A DNA stretch of 64,000 nt from positions 15,748,001 to 15,812,000 of the forward strand of contig OZ076418.1 of assembly GCA_964187785.1 (NCBI GenBank), written 5' to 3'. The translations under genes and the position numbers were made by a program. Numbering within the stretch: the first letter of the stretch is position 1; each line of letters opens with the position of its first letter. Under the pieces are notes generated by a model. That model was not told where the DNA came from, searched no databases, and worked only from the letters and a program-made list of their open reading frames with translations. Positions 45,325 through 60,300 of the stretch are shown piece after piece. This DNA is from Amphiscolops sp. MND2022 (taxonomy: Eukaryota).

Positions 45325-48300
45325 GTACCGACTGAACGTGGACCAGAGTCCCAACGTCTCGCAAGATGACTGGCGCAGTGACACTGTCTCAGAAGTAGAC
45401 GTGAGGTACCCCAGTGGCCAGTCCTACACTTTCAGCAATGACGGAAACTTCTCACAGAGGCTAGTCTCGTTCCCAGATATTGTTTCAAGTAATTGTTGTT
45501 CTTGAAAAAGTATTTTATCATCTTGATGACTTTTGAATGCAGCCAGAAAGAAAATCGACGGAAAACTGCAAAAAATGTTCTAGCTACAAACAGTCCCAAA
45601 TACAAAAAAAACATTTTTCGATATCCAGCATCATTTTTGATACATTTTCCATCTTTTGTCTTCCTTACAGAACGCCATATCATGTTCTAAAAAATCGATT
45701 CTTTTGTGCTTCTTAAAATTGTTATTCAGGTCATTCACGGGGTCAAATATGGGAAGTCGCAGTGGCAGTTCAGCTGGCGGTAGTCCTGACCGGTCAAATG
45801 ACGGGTCAATGAGCAGGTCACCGAGGTACAGGACTACCATCATGACCGAGACAGTGCTCACGATCCGCCCCAAAAAGGGCGGAGGGGGTTTGGAGACGTC
45901 TTGGAATGCTAACAGGCTTGTTGCATTGACTCGAAGATTCTCATTTTGTGAAAATGATTTTCGGAGACTTGTTTTTCAAAACTTCTGTCTTTTAAAATTT
46001 TCTTTAGTTTTGAACTAGACGTCTAAACTGCTAACAATTTTGGCTATTGGTGTGATTTTCCATTCACAATTTCTTTCAAACTATATTTTTAAGAAAATCA
46101 CCGTGGTAAACTGTTTTTTTCTTGCCGCAAGTTCATTTTGGGGGAGCATGGCGTAGTTGGGGGAGCATGGCGTAGTTGGGGGAGCATGGCGTAGTAGGGG
46201 GAGCATGGCGTAGTGGTTAGAGCATTCGGCCTGTATTGGGGCGGTATCAGGTTCGAATCTCTCTCAACTCACCATTGTTGGTCCTTAAGCAAGTCCTTCA
46301 TCCCTAGCTTAGTGGTATGGTTATTGACAAAAAATAACGCATTTGGCGGAGAAACGCAAAACAAAAGAGCAACGGTGAGCAGTCAGACCTTTGTGACCTT
46401 GAGCAAGTCACTTTGAAACCACAGCTTCAAGTCCACCATTACTTGACCACTTGGCTGCAAATATGGTACCATAGCTTGCTATGGGGAGATAGTATCCGAA
46501 AGGGCGCCGACTTTGAAAAGCAGAACTGCTTATTCGGCGTCCACCCCGCGGTAATGGGGAAATTAACTTCTCTCTTCTCTCTATTTTGCGCGGACGTTGT
46601 TTCCTTTTTCTCAATTTTCATCTACTTTTTCTCCAGTATAATTCTTGAAAAAAAGCAGCGACTCTGAGCATGACGTGAACCTTTTATACCAGCGTGGCCA
46701 GCAGTATCGGCAACAGAAGTGAATTGGTAGACGGCCCATCAGTCAGAACCTTCATCATCCCCAACCAGCTCATAGATGTAAACATCACGAGGACCATTTT
46801 GAATCTCATCGGGCTCTTGGACTTTCACGTTTTCAAGTTTATAGAGTCGAAGGACAAACTTCGCTTTTTACGAAGTTTTCTGTAATAGCGGAATCAACGG
46901 CTATTCCTAGCAAGAACTTAGCAAGACTTTTGTAATAAAAGCATTACTTGGAAGATTCAGCATCTTCTTGACAAAAAAGCAGACAATTCAGTTGTTTTCA
47001 TACCAAAGTTTATGTTACTTCGATATGAAAGCTATCAACAATCAAGCTAACTTGCAGTTCACAATTCCTACGCGAATTCAAAAAACGGAATCTTTGCAAC
47101 CAGATCTTTTGTTCACACCGAACATGTCATCAAAGTTTAGGGAAGAAAGTTCATCAGTTACCGTAAAAAACCATTCTACTCACGTTTGTAGAGACGAATG
47201 ACACAAATTGCATCCAAAATGGTCTTGTCTCTATCCAGGATGGGGAGGCCGGTCCTCCTGGAAGTTATCAGCCTTCCAGTCATCCGTACGTTGATACAGC
47301 AGGGTCAGCTTCGTATGGGGACTTTCAAGGTGGCGACTTCCCAGGTCAATTGTCGGCCAATCAGAATGATGACCCCTCTTTTGACCCCTCGTCGCAAAGA
47401 CACATGTACACGGCCAACCAGGGGTCATTTGGGCAGCCTTCTAGTCAAAGATATCTAGAGACTGCAGAAGGTAATTTGTGAAGATAATTTTTTGATAATT
47501 TGCATGTTTTCATCACTTATCAAGTTGAGTTTTTACACTCAAGTTTGGGGTCTTTTTATAGTATCTCAAATTACGACAATTGACGTTTAAAGATGTATAT
47601 AACGACTATGTTTACTCAGTTTAATCAATGCCGTTCGTGATATTCTGTGAACCTTCATTGTCAAACCATGAAAACCGCATGAAAATCCCCATTAAAAACT
47701 GCCCAAATTATGACTTTGGATCATTTCACAATTATAATACCTTCCAGATTGCGGCCTCTAATTTCTTTCGAAACAATATAAATTTCGTATCGTAACTGCA
47801 GAAAAATCCTAAAGATTTTTAAACCATAATTTTCGAAAATTTTATTGGCCGTGGTACAAAGATACATGCATCCTTATGAAAGTGCAAGACGCAGCCAAAC
47901 TTTATATTACTTTTTAATGAAACAGACTGAAACTTATAAAAGTTTTACAAGTTCATGGATGAATCTTACAGGATACCCGCCTTCTCAAGGCTACTCCTCC
48001 CGGACGGAAGAGTACCTGGATGATGATGACGAAGACAGACCCTGCACCTGTGACGAAGAGGGAGTCTATGACGAGGGAGATTTCTCCCAGAACTTGCCGT
48101 GTGACTGTGATGACGTCACAGGGGTAACGAACAAGCATTGGAAACGAAACATTTTTTCAAAAAAAATATTGGCAAAAAATTGATAAAAGTATGAGATGTA
48201 AGCGCAAGCCGACGTGCCGTAACAGGATAAGAAATGAGGAATGCCGAGTGATTAGATTGGTAATTTGAAATTACATTTTTACAAAGTTCTTATGTGTAAT

Positions 48301-51300
48301 AGAAACTGAAAGCCAAATTCAAAACCACTTTACAATTTTTTCAAGTGCAATAGACAAACTCAACAAAACTTCAATCATTCATATATTTGAATTTGATGAA
48401 AGTATTAGCCCAATACTATTCTCAAAAATACGTTCTGATTCAAAAAAGTGAAGATTCAATCTACTAATTCAACATTAGTGATTACGTAATCATAATTTCC
48501 CAATCCACTGTTCGAGGATGACTCATACGACCGGATGGGGGAAGAGTGGGAGAGCTATCTGAGGGGTCAAATGGGGGGTGAAGGGGGCAGTAGCGACATG
48601 TCGAGGTCAAGGTCACCCGAAGGTCAAGACGAGGAAATGTTCGATTACAACTACAATTCCGGGTCAGGTCAGGCATGGAAGCACAAATGAATAACAAAAA
48701 TTTAGAATTCCAATATTTGTTGTCATAACTGGACGAAAAAACTTTTACTCCATAGAAAATGAACTTCACTGGGAAGAAAAGACAAAAAAACAGACCATTT
48801 ACTCGGGAAACTACATGACTGACAAGTTCATATCACTACATCCTCATTTTGTTTTTTTTTGGTAATAATGACTTCATCCGACGTTTTTCTTTCACTTCAA
48901 AACCTTCAAAAATGAACAAACTTTTAAACAATTACCGTCATTTTTAGAAAAGGTTACGAATGGGTCCTTTGTGGTCACACAAACTTTATGACTAATCAGG
49001 AAAAGTGTAAGAATAATGCATGTTTTCAATGTTTCTTTTCTGAACATGCCTGTGATTGGTGCAGGGACCACGTGTGACAACATGCTGTCAGAGACTATGG
49101 GCCAGATGAGTGACGTAGGTTCTTTCCACCAAGACCCCACCGTGCCCCACTTGGTAATGGATTCCCGCAAAAGCACCCCGGATCTTGTTTCCCAGGGATT
49201 ATCAATCATTTCCATGGAAAATTTCAATTGATTGCTGAAAACTTACAAAATGGTCAAATTACGAAGGTTTTCCGGTTTTTGGTATAATTTTATTGTGACA
49301 AAAACTAGAAAACCCTCGTCATTTGAAAATAATTCTATGGAATTCCGTGAAACGTGTTAAATGATCGTGTTTGATCTATGAATTCAAATTCTGGAAGTTT
49401 ACAGATATTTTATAAGAAAATGATCAATTATAAATTTCGTACTTTTATAACTCATTGCTGTTAGATTGAGTATCAGATTTGCATCAGATTTTCCAAGTAT
49501 CAGAGTTTGCAAGTAATTTATCCGTGGTCTAATATTTTTTCGCCGTTTGTATTTTTTTTCTAAAATTGGAGATGAAATGAAGATTTTTCGATTCAACAGA
49601 ATAAGAAACATAATTAATTGCTAATACTTTAGAAATATACATATTTCAGTACCATATGGCATAGTACAACTATTATCCATCTATAAATCTATGAAATAAT
49701 GGCAACAAAATTATACTAATTAGAAGATTTACCTTAACTAGCTTTTGATAATCCCGTTCCACATTCCAGCCACAAATAGTAGAGCCAGAGTATCCTCCAG
49801 GGTTTTCTCCTGGCGAGAGTCATTACACCAATGAGCAGAGCACGCCCCTGGATAGCCAGCGCACCGGACCACCGTCTGGTAAGTCACTCCGCCGGACATT
49901 TTCCAGGGTCCGGACACATGGGCCCTTGCCAAGGTCAATTAAAAAACAACGCAGTATCACAATCTCGTCGGTCTTAGTAAGACTAGTCATAGTAGGACTA
50001 TGTAGCTACCATGACCATAGATGAAAGTCCAATGGGTTTCACTTTTTTCATAATTTCAGGAAGCTTGAATTTTTTGGAACATCGGCTTTTTAGCTTTGCC
50101 CCTTTTTCTAGAAACTATCCACCAGAAATCCCTAATTGGCTGATCATACGTTAAGCATGCTGCAAGATACAAGTAACTTTGGTTTCGGAATATGATCTTT
50201 CCGAAATCAAAGCAATAGCTGGAATCAGGTCTTGAAAACATTCTATTTTCTTTCGAAAAAGAGGGCCGCCAGCTAAAAACACTCAATGAAGAACCGAAGA
50301 TTACACTATACTCGAACTAAAATTATTGGGTTCAAAATCTCCCACCCCAGTTCAAAATCACTTACTTCTTATCAGTCAACTTTTTCGTTTTGCTGAAGTC
50401 TCCACTTTCAAGGGCAATTTGGACCTCGTTTGAAGTAGTTATGAGAGCAGAACTTATACCAATTCATCATTGCAGAAAGAACAGTCTAAAATGAATTTTC
50501 TTGAAAAATTATTGCGTGCTATTCATTTAAAAACGACTCAATTTAGTACTTTGGGCAAATTGCTTCCAAAGCGGTCGGTTGGGTATATATGGTTGGGTAT
50601 ATATATGGTATAAAGCAGATATTTGGTTAAATTTAAGCTAATTCGTCTGGAATACCCTGGATTTAACATGGGAGGCAATTTAAGATAGTTCATTGGAAAT
50701 ACCCTGGATTTATCAAGGGACCTGGTTTCAGATACCAACACCCCCATGGAGAGTTTGCACACAGCTCTGCTGGACCCTTCCAGTGGGGGCTCCAACAAGG
50801 AGTCATACCACACGGCCGAGCTACAGGCTGCGTCGCCCTCTAGCGAGTTTGAGGATGCAACAGGCAAGATAGTTCAAAACTTTTATCAAGAGTGTCGAAT
50901 AGTTTTGGGATTCAAAATATCTATTCATTTGAAAGTTGGAATGAGTTTTCAGGGTAAGAAGTCAATGACTGATGCAAGGTAGTGGTGAAATGTAGTGTTT
51001 CAATTGTTCCAAATGCTTTTTAACTTTTTGTTGAGGGTTCAGGTTATTCAATGCACTTTATTGGAGGAGCATTTGAATTTTCCAAAATAAAATGTCTGAA
51101 ATTGAATCCTAAACTTCCTAAGTGTTGATTTTTCTTAAACTCTTTAGCTGACAATCATTTTTGGGAAACTTATAAGTTTACCAAAATTATTGTCAGCTAA
51201 AGATTTGTCATTAGCCTCAAGTGTATTCAGGGCGCTTTTGTCTGGTAACCAAGTTCTATTCCTAAACCAGTGTTTATCTTCCAATGCAAGATATCGATCA

Positions 51301-54300
51301 CAGTGCTTCAAATGCCTTCAACTTTTTGTTCAAGTTTTAGGCTATTCAATGCACTTCATTTGAGGAGCAATCGAAAATCTCAATAAACTCTCTATGAATG
51401 AATTTTAGAAAAATCAACACAGAAAATTACTTTCCAAAAATGCTTGCCAACTTAAAATTTGTCATTCGCCTCATTTTCATAACCAATGTTTATATTCCAA
51501 TGATATTGGAATAACCTGGTTGATTACAGGAAACTTCGATGAATCGATGATGGAAAACAACCAAGCAGATACAAGAGGGGGCAACCAATTGCAACCCATG
51601 TCCCCTGTGATGCATGTCCGGAAGCAAACGGACACGACCCAGATCATCCAGGAGACGGGTTGGCAGCCTGCCACACTGCTGGGTCACGGCATCAACGAGC
51701 CAGACCCTGCTCTGAGACCTCCGACACCGGAAGACCAGGGGGTATCAGGAATTGGACATACTTTGTGCGACGCCATTGGTACATTATTATTATTATTATC
51801 AATATTAATAGGAAAATTGCAGATTAGTGATAATCAATCTACTTTATAACCATTCAGAAGTTAAAAGTACAACACAGTAGAAAGTACATGACGCAATTGA
51901 TATGGTTCATCAAGGAATCTGAAGAGATCACTCCCAAACAAAAAGTGCCTCAGTAGCAGTACAGTAGCGCTCTAAAATATCGCAACCTAATTGCTTAAAA
52001 TGGCAAAATTCAAAACCAAATATCTCGTAAACTGTCACGAATACAAAAATTTGCCAGCTAGGAAAGTTTTAGAATTTTATCCTGTTTAAAAAATGTTTGT
52101 TTGAAATTTCTACGACCCTCGAAGTAAGGAAATGCAAATTTCATTAAAATTTACTATAATTTTTTGGATTTTTTTCCATTCTGAGATTCTCTGTAATCTC
52201 CCGAACCTACGTAAGTGTTTCGATCGATAATTTGTTTCGAATCAGAAAAAAACGCATTGTATTTTCTGTCTATGAGCACATATATGCAAATGACTGAAAA
52301 TCAAGAAAAAGCGCAAATTTGATGAAATTTTGTCAAAATTACAACTTTTATTTTTTTTGTAATTTTCGTCGCATGAATTTCAAACGAACATTTTCGTAAA
52401 CTAGATACATATCTAAAAATCTTTCCCAGCTTACATTTTTTCCGAATTTTTTTCAGAAAATACGAGTCGTATTTGTGACAGTTTTCAAGGTATTTGGATT
52501 TGAAATCAGCAATTTCAACGAATGGAGGTGCGATATTTTAGAACGCTACAGTAAGTTTGAAATACGGTCCCATAGATGATATAGTTTGTTGGACTATAGA
52601 AAACACTATAGAAAACACTACTAGAAAAAGAAAAGGGCTGCTACCAGGTCTTTTAAAGAGAACTGTTCTGAAAGAGAGACGCCTAACAAATGTCTTAACA
52701 AAGGCTTATAATTGGCTGAAGTTGATGAGTTTGATGCCGAAAGACATCAAGAGGTACAGCAAACAAAAGTTAAAATGCACCGGGATAAAATAAGAATCAA
52801 TTATATCCTTGACGGGGAGGAACTATTTGATATGTTTTACTGAGATCTCACAATAAACTCACTTATTTCTCTAATGATTGTGGCTTTTAAGGGAAAAAAA
52901 TTTTAAAGAGCAGTAATGCTCATTTTTATCCTGGTTAGATGATGTAATTTCTATAATGCACTTGTTGTATTTGATTTACCATCTAACGAAATAAACTTTT
53001 AATTACTTTTATTAGTTATTCTGAGAAAATGTTTCCTTTTGGTAATTTGCAAATAGCTGCAATATAATAGTGATCGACCAATCTTCCGGATTCTAGTTAT
53101 CGCAACAAAACCACCAAATCTCTACCCCATATACACTAAATAAACGTGAACATCTTTTCATTTCTGTTTGTGAATACTTTTAGAAGCTCCTTTTGGGAGT
53201 AGTTAGTTGTTATGATGTATATTATTATTCTTCCAGTACTGGCTTTAAATAATTTGTCATAAAATAGGTTATTACTAAAATTGTCAAAAGTAGTTACAAT
53301 AAGTGAGTGATTTTTGGTACTCCCATCTGCGACTCAGTTTTCAGAAGATCTTGACGCTTCTACCTTTCTCAGCACGGAGTCAAACATTCCGGGTCAACCG
53401 CCGGGTCAAGGTCAAGACGACAGGTACAGCTGGTCACAAGACGCCAGTATGAGGTCAAGCCCTGGAGGTACGGGTGTCCACTCAAATTAAGTTTATAAAA
53501 ATTTATATGAATTTTGTCGTATTCTTTTCCAGTCACCAAACTTTTAATGACACTTGTCAGAGGCAATTCTTGTCAAGATCATCATAAAAATGATACCTTC
53601 ATGTATATTTGCCACAACCTTGTCACGACTTTGTCGTGATCTTAGAAACAAGCCGGGAACGGCCCAGGTCGGAGCCCCGCTCAAAAAGAGCAGTATTTTC
53701 AATAAGCGAAGGTACACTATTATGAGAACTTTCAACAAAAATTTACGGTGCCGAAACCTAAGGGTAACCTCTTTGATCATTTTTTGATCCCGTGGAACCG
53801 ATGAGACTTTTGTCAATGATTGTGGAAAATTCGGCACTGTGCGACTTTTTCTCAAAACTTGTTTTTATTTGGGTACCGCCTCGACGTTTCTAAATGTTTT
53901 CGGCCTGAAAAAGGTGTTTGACAAGCTTAAAGCTCCCTTTTCGGATCTATGAGACTTTTCCTTCAAAAAATTTGAATTTTTTAAAAAGGAATTCCGATTT
54001 TTGATATTTTCAGTTGGGAAGAAGCGTTTCTTAATCTCATGAGTTTCCCTTCAGGTATTTTCCAGCACTGTAAATTGATGTAAATTGATGTAAAAAAGTT
54101 GCTTTTTGTGAACCTTGAGCGGCTTTTTCTCACAAGCAATGAAAATAAATTCTACTCTTTACTCGCATTGCAACTTGAATCTATTTTGGACATTCTTGTC
54201 AGGAGGCCTCCAACCCCCGTCTACAAGATACGACAACTCGTTCGTGTCAAGTGGAGGAGCCACTTCCGATTATCCGCCTGAGTCTCCCATTGGTGGGTCA

Positions 54301-57300
54301 CCCAGTAGAATGTCACCCAGCGATTATTCTCAGGGGGGCGCCCACCCTTTGGCTCAACCCGCTGTCTACCCTCCTTCGCCTCAACCCACTGGCTACCATT
54401 CGCCTCAACAAGATACCCACCCTTCGGCTCAATTCGCTACCCACCCTTTGGCTCAACCCGCTGCATACCCTTCGCCTCAACCACCTGCCCACCATTCGGC
54501 CCAACCAGATACCCACCCTTTTGCTCAACCAGATACCCAACCGTTTGCTCAACCAGATACCCAACCGTTTGCTCAACCAGATACCCAACCGTTTGCTCAA
54601 CCAGATACCCACCCTTTTGCTCAACCCGCTACCCACCCTTTGGCTCAACCCGCTGCCCCACCAGCAGCATCCCCTACAGGTTTAGAGATGCACAAACATA
54701 ACTTAGAAAACTTTAATTTCTATGAACAAGAGGCAAAAAAGTTTTCCATGTATATAACCCAAGGACTTTGTTTCTAGACAAGTGAATGCTTGCCGAAGAA
54801 AAATATAGCAAGCCGAAAGCCTACTCAGTGTAGAAATTCTTAGTCGACAAGTATCTTGCATTTTCGTGAAAACCTTGATAAGAATCCACGAGCGCCAAAA
54901 ATTTGTTCGATATTGCCAAGAATTTCAAGAGAAAAAGCTAACTATGATGAATATAAATAAATAAATCTCCAACAATTCGGTGCGTTTCGCCAGTTGCAGT
55001 GCAATTTGTTTCGGTAACTTTGGATCTTCAAAGCCTTCAATTCTAACGGAACGGGCATATTCTGAAGGTTTCTCTAGACGTTTCATATTTTGGACCTCCA
55101 TCAGATCCAGTAGTTGTTTGTTGAGCAATTTGGTTTACAAAACCAATGAAATTTTCAATGGATTCGAAACTTGCTCGTTTTTCTCGAATACTCGGATGCA
55201 GTCAACTCTACCTCCTTCCTGAAAAGTTTGTGACTGCTAACCACCTTGAATCTATCGTCGACTAGTTTCATTCTGGCATCAGCGTTACGTGTTGCCTCCG
55301 AGGTTGTTGTAACAGAGAGGCTCAATTTCTGCGTGAGGGTTAGCAATAGGTTGTTCTGTTCTGTTAAGACTTGTTATGTAGAAGTTTTTTCTGAAAGTAA
55401 ACACTGTTCTTCGAGTCTTTTTAATTTCAAATTTTCAATTTAATATTTGATGTATACATTATCCACCTACATTTTCGGGTATACCATAGAAAGTTTTCAA
55501 ACATTTTTCAAACAAGCGAGTTTGTCGCTCTTCTAGGTAAAAGCAGTAACCGCCAATATTGGAATAATCTGTAAATTCTTCTGGACAAGACTCTGCAGTG
55601 TACCCATTGTTAATGGTTGTGTCGTTTTGAGAGTTAGAAGTTGATAATATTGGAGTTGTTTGGTATGCAACAATAAACGTGAAGATCAAAAGCACTACCC
55701 AAATCGACTGTGTCTTGTTCATGTTGCTACCGGATCAACCGTCTTCGATAACTTTTACGAAAAAAATAATGATCGTTATATAAAGAGCCTGTATGACCCG
55801 GTTTATATTCTTTCGTGACAGAGTCGCTCGGTCATCATTTCAACTGGCGAGGATTGACTCCCGGTAGGGACAAAAAGTTTTGGTAGAAATGAACTTTTTT
55901 CTTCCAAACCTCCCCATTCATCGATTGGTTGAATAGATATAAAACCAAGCTACTAATAATCATTCCTGCAGTTTTCCAACCGAGATAACTAACTGAAAGT
56001 CAAAGCAAAATTAAGCAAATCTGGTCCATCACTTGTCTAATTCTACGCATCAAAAAATTTGAAGGCTCTAATCGAACGGAAATGAGTAAAACGAATTTCA
56101 GAAAACTATCGTTGAAAATATCCCTTTGAAAGCCGCTTTTGCTACCACCGAGTAAGCATTTCTGAAAAAAACTGAGTTTTGAATCAATCTAAAGTACATT
56201 AACCTTTGAATGAGACCAAAACCAAGAAAAAAAGTTTCGGAACTTGAATAGAAAAACCAATTGTGACACGAAAAAAGCACAAGCTATTTACGCATGTTTT
56301 CCTGATCAGATTACTTGAAAATGAAAATCTTGAGAAATGAAGAAGCAAAAACTTGTCCACTTGAATGAATACGTGTGTGCTTGATACTCATATCAAAAGT
56401 TTTTGATGAAGAGCTATTTGACAAGAAGTGAGTGAATCAACTTTGAACCTTTTTGTGTGAGTCGAACTGTGACTGGTGCTTTCTCCTATCAAGTTTTTCT
56501 CAAAATTAAAACAAACTTTCAAAACTTGGATGCATTCAACTTAATCTAAAGATCAACCGTTGAGGTATAGTTATACCCGTGAAGTAATAGAAATCTTTCG
56601 ATTGGGATTCCACTGTCAAATAAATTGAGTCAAAAAAGTTTCTATGAAACGCTTTTTTCGTTTTTGTTTAAGAAAAACGTTTTTAGTCGGCGCTTTTCTA
56701 GGGAAAAGTGCCCGACACTTACAGTGGCTAGTTTTCTTTTTTTTTCGTCAGACTACAATCTCACTCTGATTGGGCCACTTTTCTTACAATCGAAACTACT
56801 AAAACTACTACCATAAGGCCAAGTCCGGTCAGCGGAAATTAGTGCAAAAGGGTCCCCCCTTTCATTTTTTACTATTTTAACGTAACCTACAAAACTGGAC
56901 GAGACTAAAGGGTCCCGCTTTCGATTTTTTTTCGGCATTGTGCGACTTTTTTTCGAAAATTTTTTAATGTCTCAAAAGAGTCCCCCTTTCGAGTTTTTTG
57001 ATATTTTGCAACAGAATATATGTTAATAAAGCCCAAAGGGTCCCCCTTTTACATTTTTCGGCACTATGCTAAATTTTCTGGAAAAAAATCAAAAATTTCA
57101 AGTTTTTTTCAAAAAAAAATGTCTTTTGCGCTTTTGAGCCTTAGATATAGCACCGACTTTAGACGTTCCCGTCTTGTTACATTTAATGCCACTTTTGGAT
57201 CATCATTTCTGAACCATAAAATCAAAATGGGCTCTACTCAAAAGATAATAGGGTAACTGATTCAGAGAAACCTTGTTTGAAAGTCTAGAACAAACATTTT

Positions 57301-60300
57301 TAAATAAAAAGCGATCTCCTCGAAAATGAAACTAATATGAACTAAAAGCAGTAATTATCGAAAGCAGTAATAAAAGAAAAATTGTTCGTCATGTAACGAA
57401 GAATGCTCATGAAAATAAAAATATGTCAATTATATATATTTTTTCTAAAATTCTCAGAACTGCATCTTTTTTGTAGAATTCTCAAATTTTCCACTTCTAG
57501 TTCTCTTTTAGCAGTAATTATTATTCAAATCAAACCTAGATACCCCGAAAGCTTAGAAAAAAAACAAACGAATAATGAAACTGAAGGCAATAATGTTCAA
57601 CATAATGAGGAGTAATGTAGTAGCATCCCTATTGACCAGAGGGGGCTTACAACCTCCCTGTAGCTACCAACGTGCAGGGTGGAGGGGGTTCATTTTCTGG
57701 TCACTACAGAGAGGAACTGGTCGAGCAACAAAGACTGGCTACCCCGGAACCATCACCCAGGTAACAAATCCAGTCAATTTGGACCTTTCCAGTAGATGGC
57801 CCTTACTTTGATGAGAAAAGAGCGTCCGACTCTAACATTGCAATGATTTTTAGGACTTCGGGAAAAGTTATATTCTTTTGAAATACTATTCGAGTTACTA
57901 GGTTATCTTTCTTCCGCTGCTGAAGTTTTTCGAACATTTTTTCCTCAACAATTTTTCCCGAAAACGACCGACGCGTATAATTCTTTGTATAGTCGCAAAG
58001 AATGGACTAATCGGGAATTTCCAAATTACACATTTGAAAAAAAATTCAAACTTTTTTCAACATGAAATTTTTTTGCAACACTATTTGACTTAAGAAACTA
58101 TCCGCAAAAAATTCTAACAATTTTCGAAGTGAAGAAAGCTGAAAAAAGGACGACCATTTGGAGAATGCTAATAGTCCCCACATCATGAAACATTGAAATC
58201 CTCAACGTAATTGAATTTTTCCGCACCACGAGTGCTAAGGTGAATAGAAATCACTTTTAGGCAGGAACCTTTTTCCTCTAGGAAAAAATATTTTGGCCGG
58301 GAAAATTATCAGAGACTTTCTTTTATCAGTTGTACTATTATCGTAGAAAGTTTGTCTTCCATAAAAAGCGGAGGAGTGAAAACGTTTCTTATATCCAAAT
58401 TTTTCTTTTATCCGAGTTCGGCTGTAGTTCTATTCCAGATTCTCACCGAGTACCGGAAGAAGCAATGTATCCAGTGGACTCCAGTCAACGACTGTTCCAG
58501 TTCCATATATGGGCAGCGGGAGTGACGTCAGTGGTGCACGACGCGAGGAATCAACATTCTCCCAGTCCCATGTGAGCTCCCAGGGTCAGCTTCCAAGTGA
58601 CGATGACATGTACAACGTTCAGACCCAGAGAATTATAAAGGCAAACTTATTCCCCTTGAAATAAGCAAAAGTTCATTTTAAAAAAGCAATTTTAAAAGCG
58701 GCTTTATCTGTTTTTTTTCTTTTTTTTTTCATTCTAATTTCTTCAATCCAGTCGAAGTGACCATTTAAAAAACAAAATATCAAACTTATTCAAAGCGTCC
58801 CCTTTTCCATTTTAAACATATTTATTCTGATTAAAGCAAATTCGGTTCATTTTTGATATTGACTTATTTACAGGAAATTTTTTTCATATTAAAGTTTTTC
58901 TGAATTTTTTCAGAGAAAAAAATTTTTAAATCCAAAAGGGAGTTGTCAGCACTATGGGTCTCTTCAGAACTTTCATGAAAACAGCCTTTTAGCATATCCG
59001 AAAGTTAGAATTAAGCCCTTCTAGTTTTTTGCCGCTCAATGAGATCGAAAACATTTCAAAAACGGTAACTTACAGCTCTGAAGCCAGCTCTGAAGATTGA
59101 TTGATGGAAAATGTCTACAAATAACAATGACTCTCAAAATTTTGCCTAAAATATTCACAAAACTTCGGTAAAAATTTTCGGCGAAACCAAATGTGACTTC
59201 AATTGTGATTTGAAACTAATCAGTTCTGTGCTTTTTCATCTGAAACTTCCACGTTTGGGGGAATGAGTTTTTTCCACAAAGTACGAACAATTCGGAGACG
59301 GGGGCGAAGTTATTCCTGGCAGTAGGCAGACAACGTTCATGCGGACGGAGGAGATGGTGTTTCTAGACGAACACGGACAAGAAACGAGACAGCCAGTTTC
59401 TCCGCCCTATGAGAAGACTTTCTACGGAGCTGTGCCTCCTGCAGAACAAAGTTGGCCAGTGCCACAGTTAGAACATGACGTTGACAATCAGCAGTCCAGT
59501 TTACCAGGTTAGGTCATTCAAGGTCACTTCAGGTCAACCGCTATTCTCAACTATACCAGGTTAAGTTATTCAAGGTCAAATGGGGTCAAATCACAGATTG
59601 AAATGTACCATGTTGGTTATTTAAGGTCAGCTGGGGTCATATCTTGTATTGAAATGTACCGGGTTAGCCATTTAAGGTCAGATGGGACCATATATTGTAT
59701 TGAAAAGCACCAGGTTAGTCATTTAAGGTCAAATGGGGTCAAATCTTGCTATATGACCTTTGTTCAAACCATGTGAAAAAGAAGGTACAGACATCTGTAC
59801 CATTTGGACGGACTGTATCGATATTCTTTAATTTTGATCGGTATTGTTACATCTTCATTTCGAAAAGTGCCTTGTACAATTATCTTGAGTTATTTTAGGA
59901 AGACAATTTCACCTACATAAGATAGGTAACCTAAAATAACTCAAGATAATTGTACAAGGCACTTTTCGAAATGAAGATGTAACAATGGAATGTCTTTAGT
60001 CGACTCTATATGAAATATAATGAAACTATTATAGTGGATTCCGTCATTTTTTGTAATTCGTTTTTTTTCGTAATTTTTTTCGGCACTGTGCAACTTCTTT
60101 CAAAATAATTTTTATTATACAAAAGGCTTTGATACTTTCAATGCTTCCAGATATTAAAAAAGTTATTTAAGCCTAAAAGGTCCTCGGCCTAACTTTTTCG
60201 TACTGAGATTTTTTTGAAAACAGTTCCTAAACACTTCGAAGTACTTGTTTTCATATTTTGTTTTTTTTCCAAAGGCTTTGTCCACACACCTGAAGACTCC

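Noticed and set aside
46197-46270. tRNA gene
   Set aside because: A and B boxes are present but there is no closed acceptor stem or regular anticodon arm, and it is followed by SINE body sequence. The same applies to about 22975-23045, 43790-43870 and 44195-44300.
52557-52793. Short ORF as a host exon
   Set aside because: It has no phase-compatible splice sites, and the host exon chain is continuous without it.
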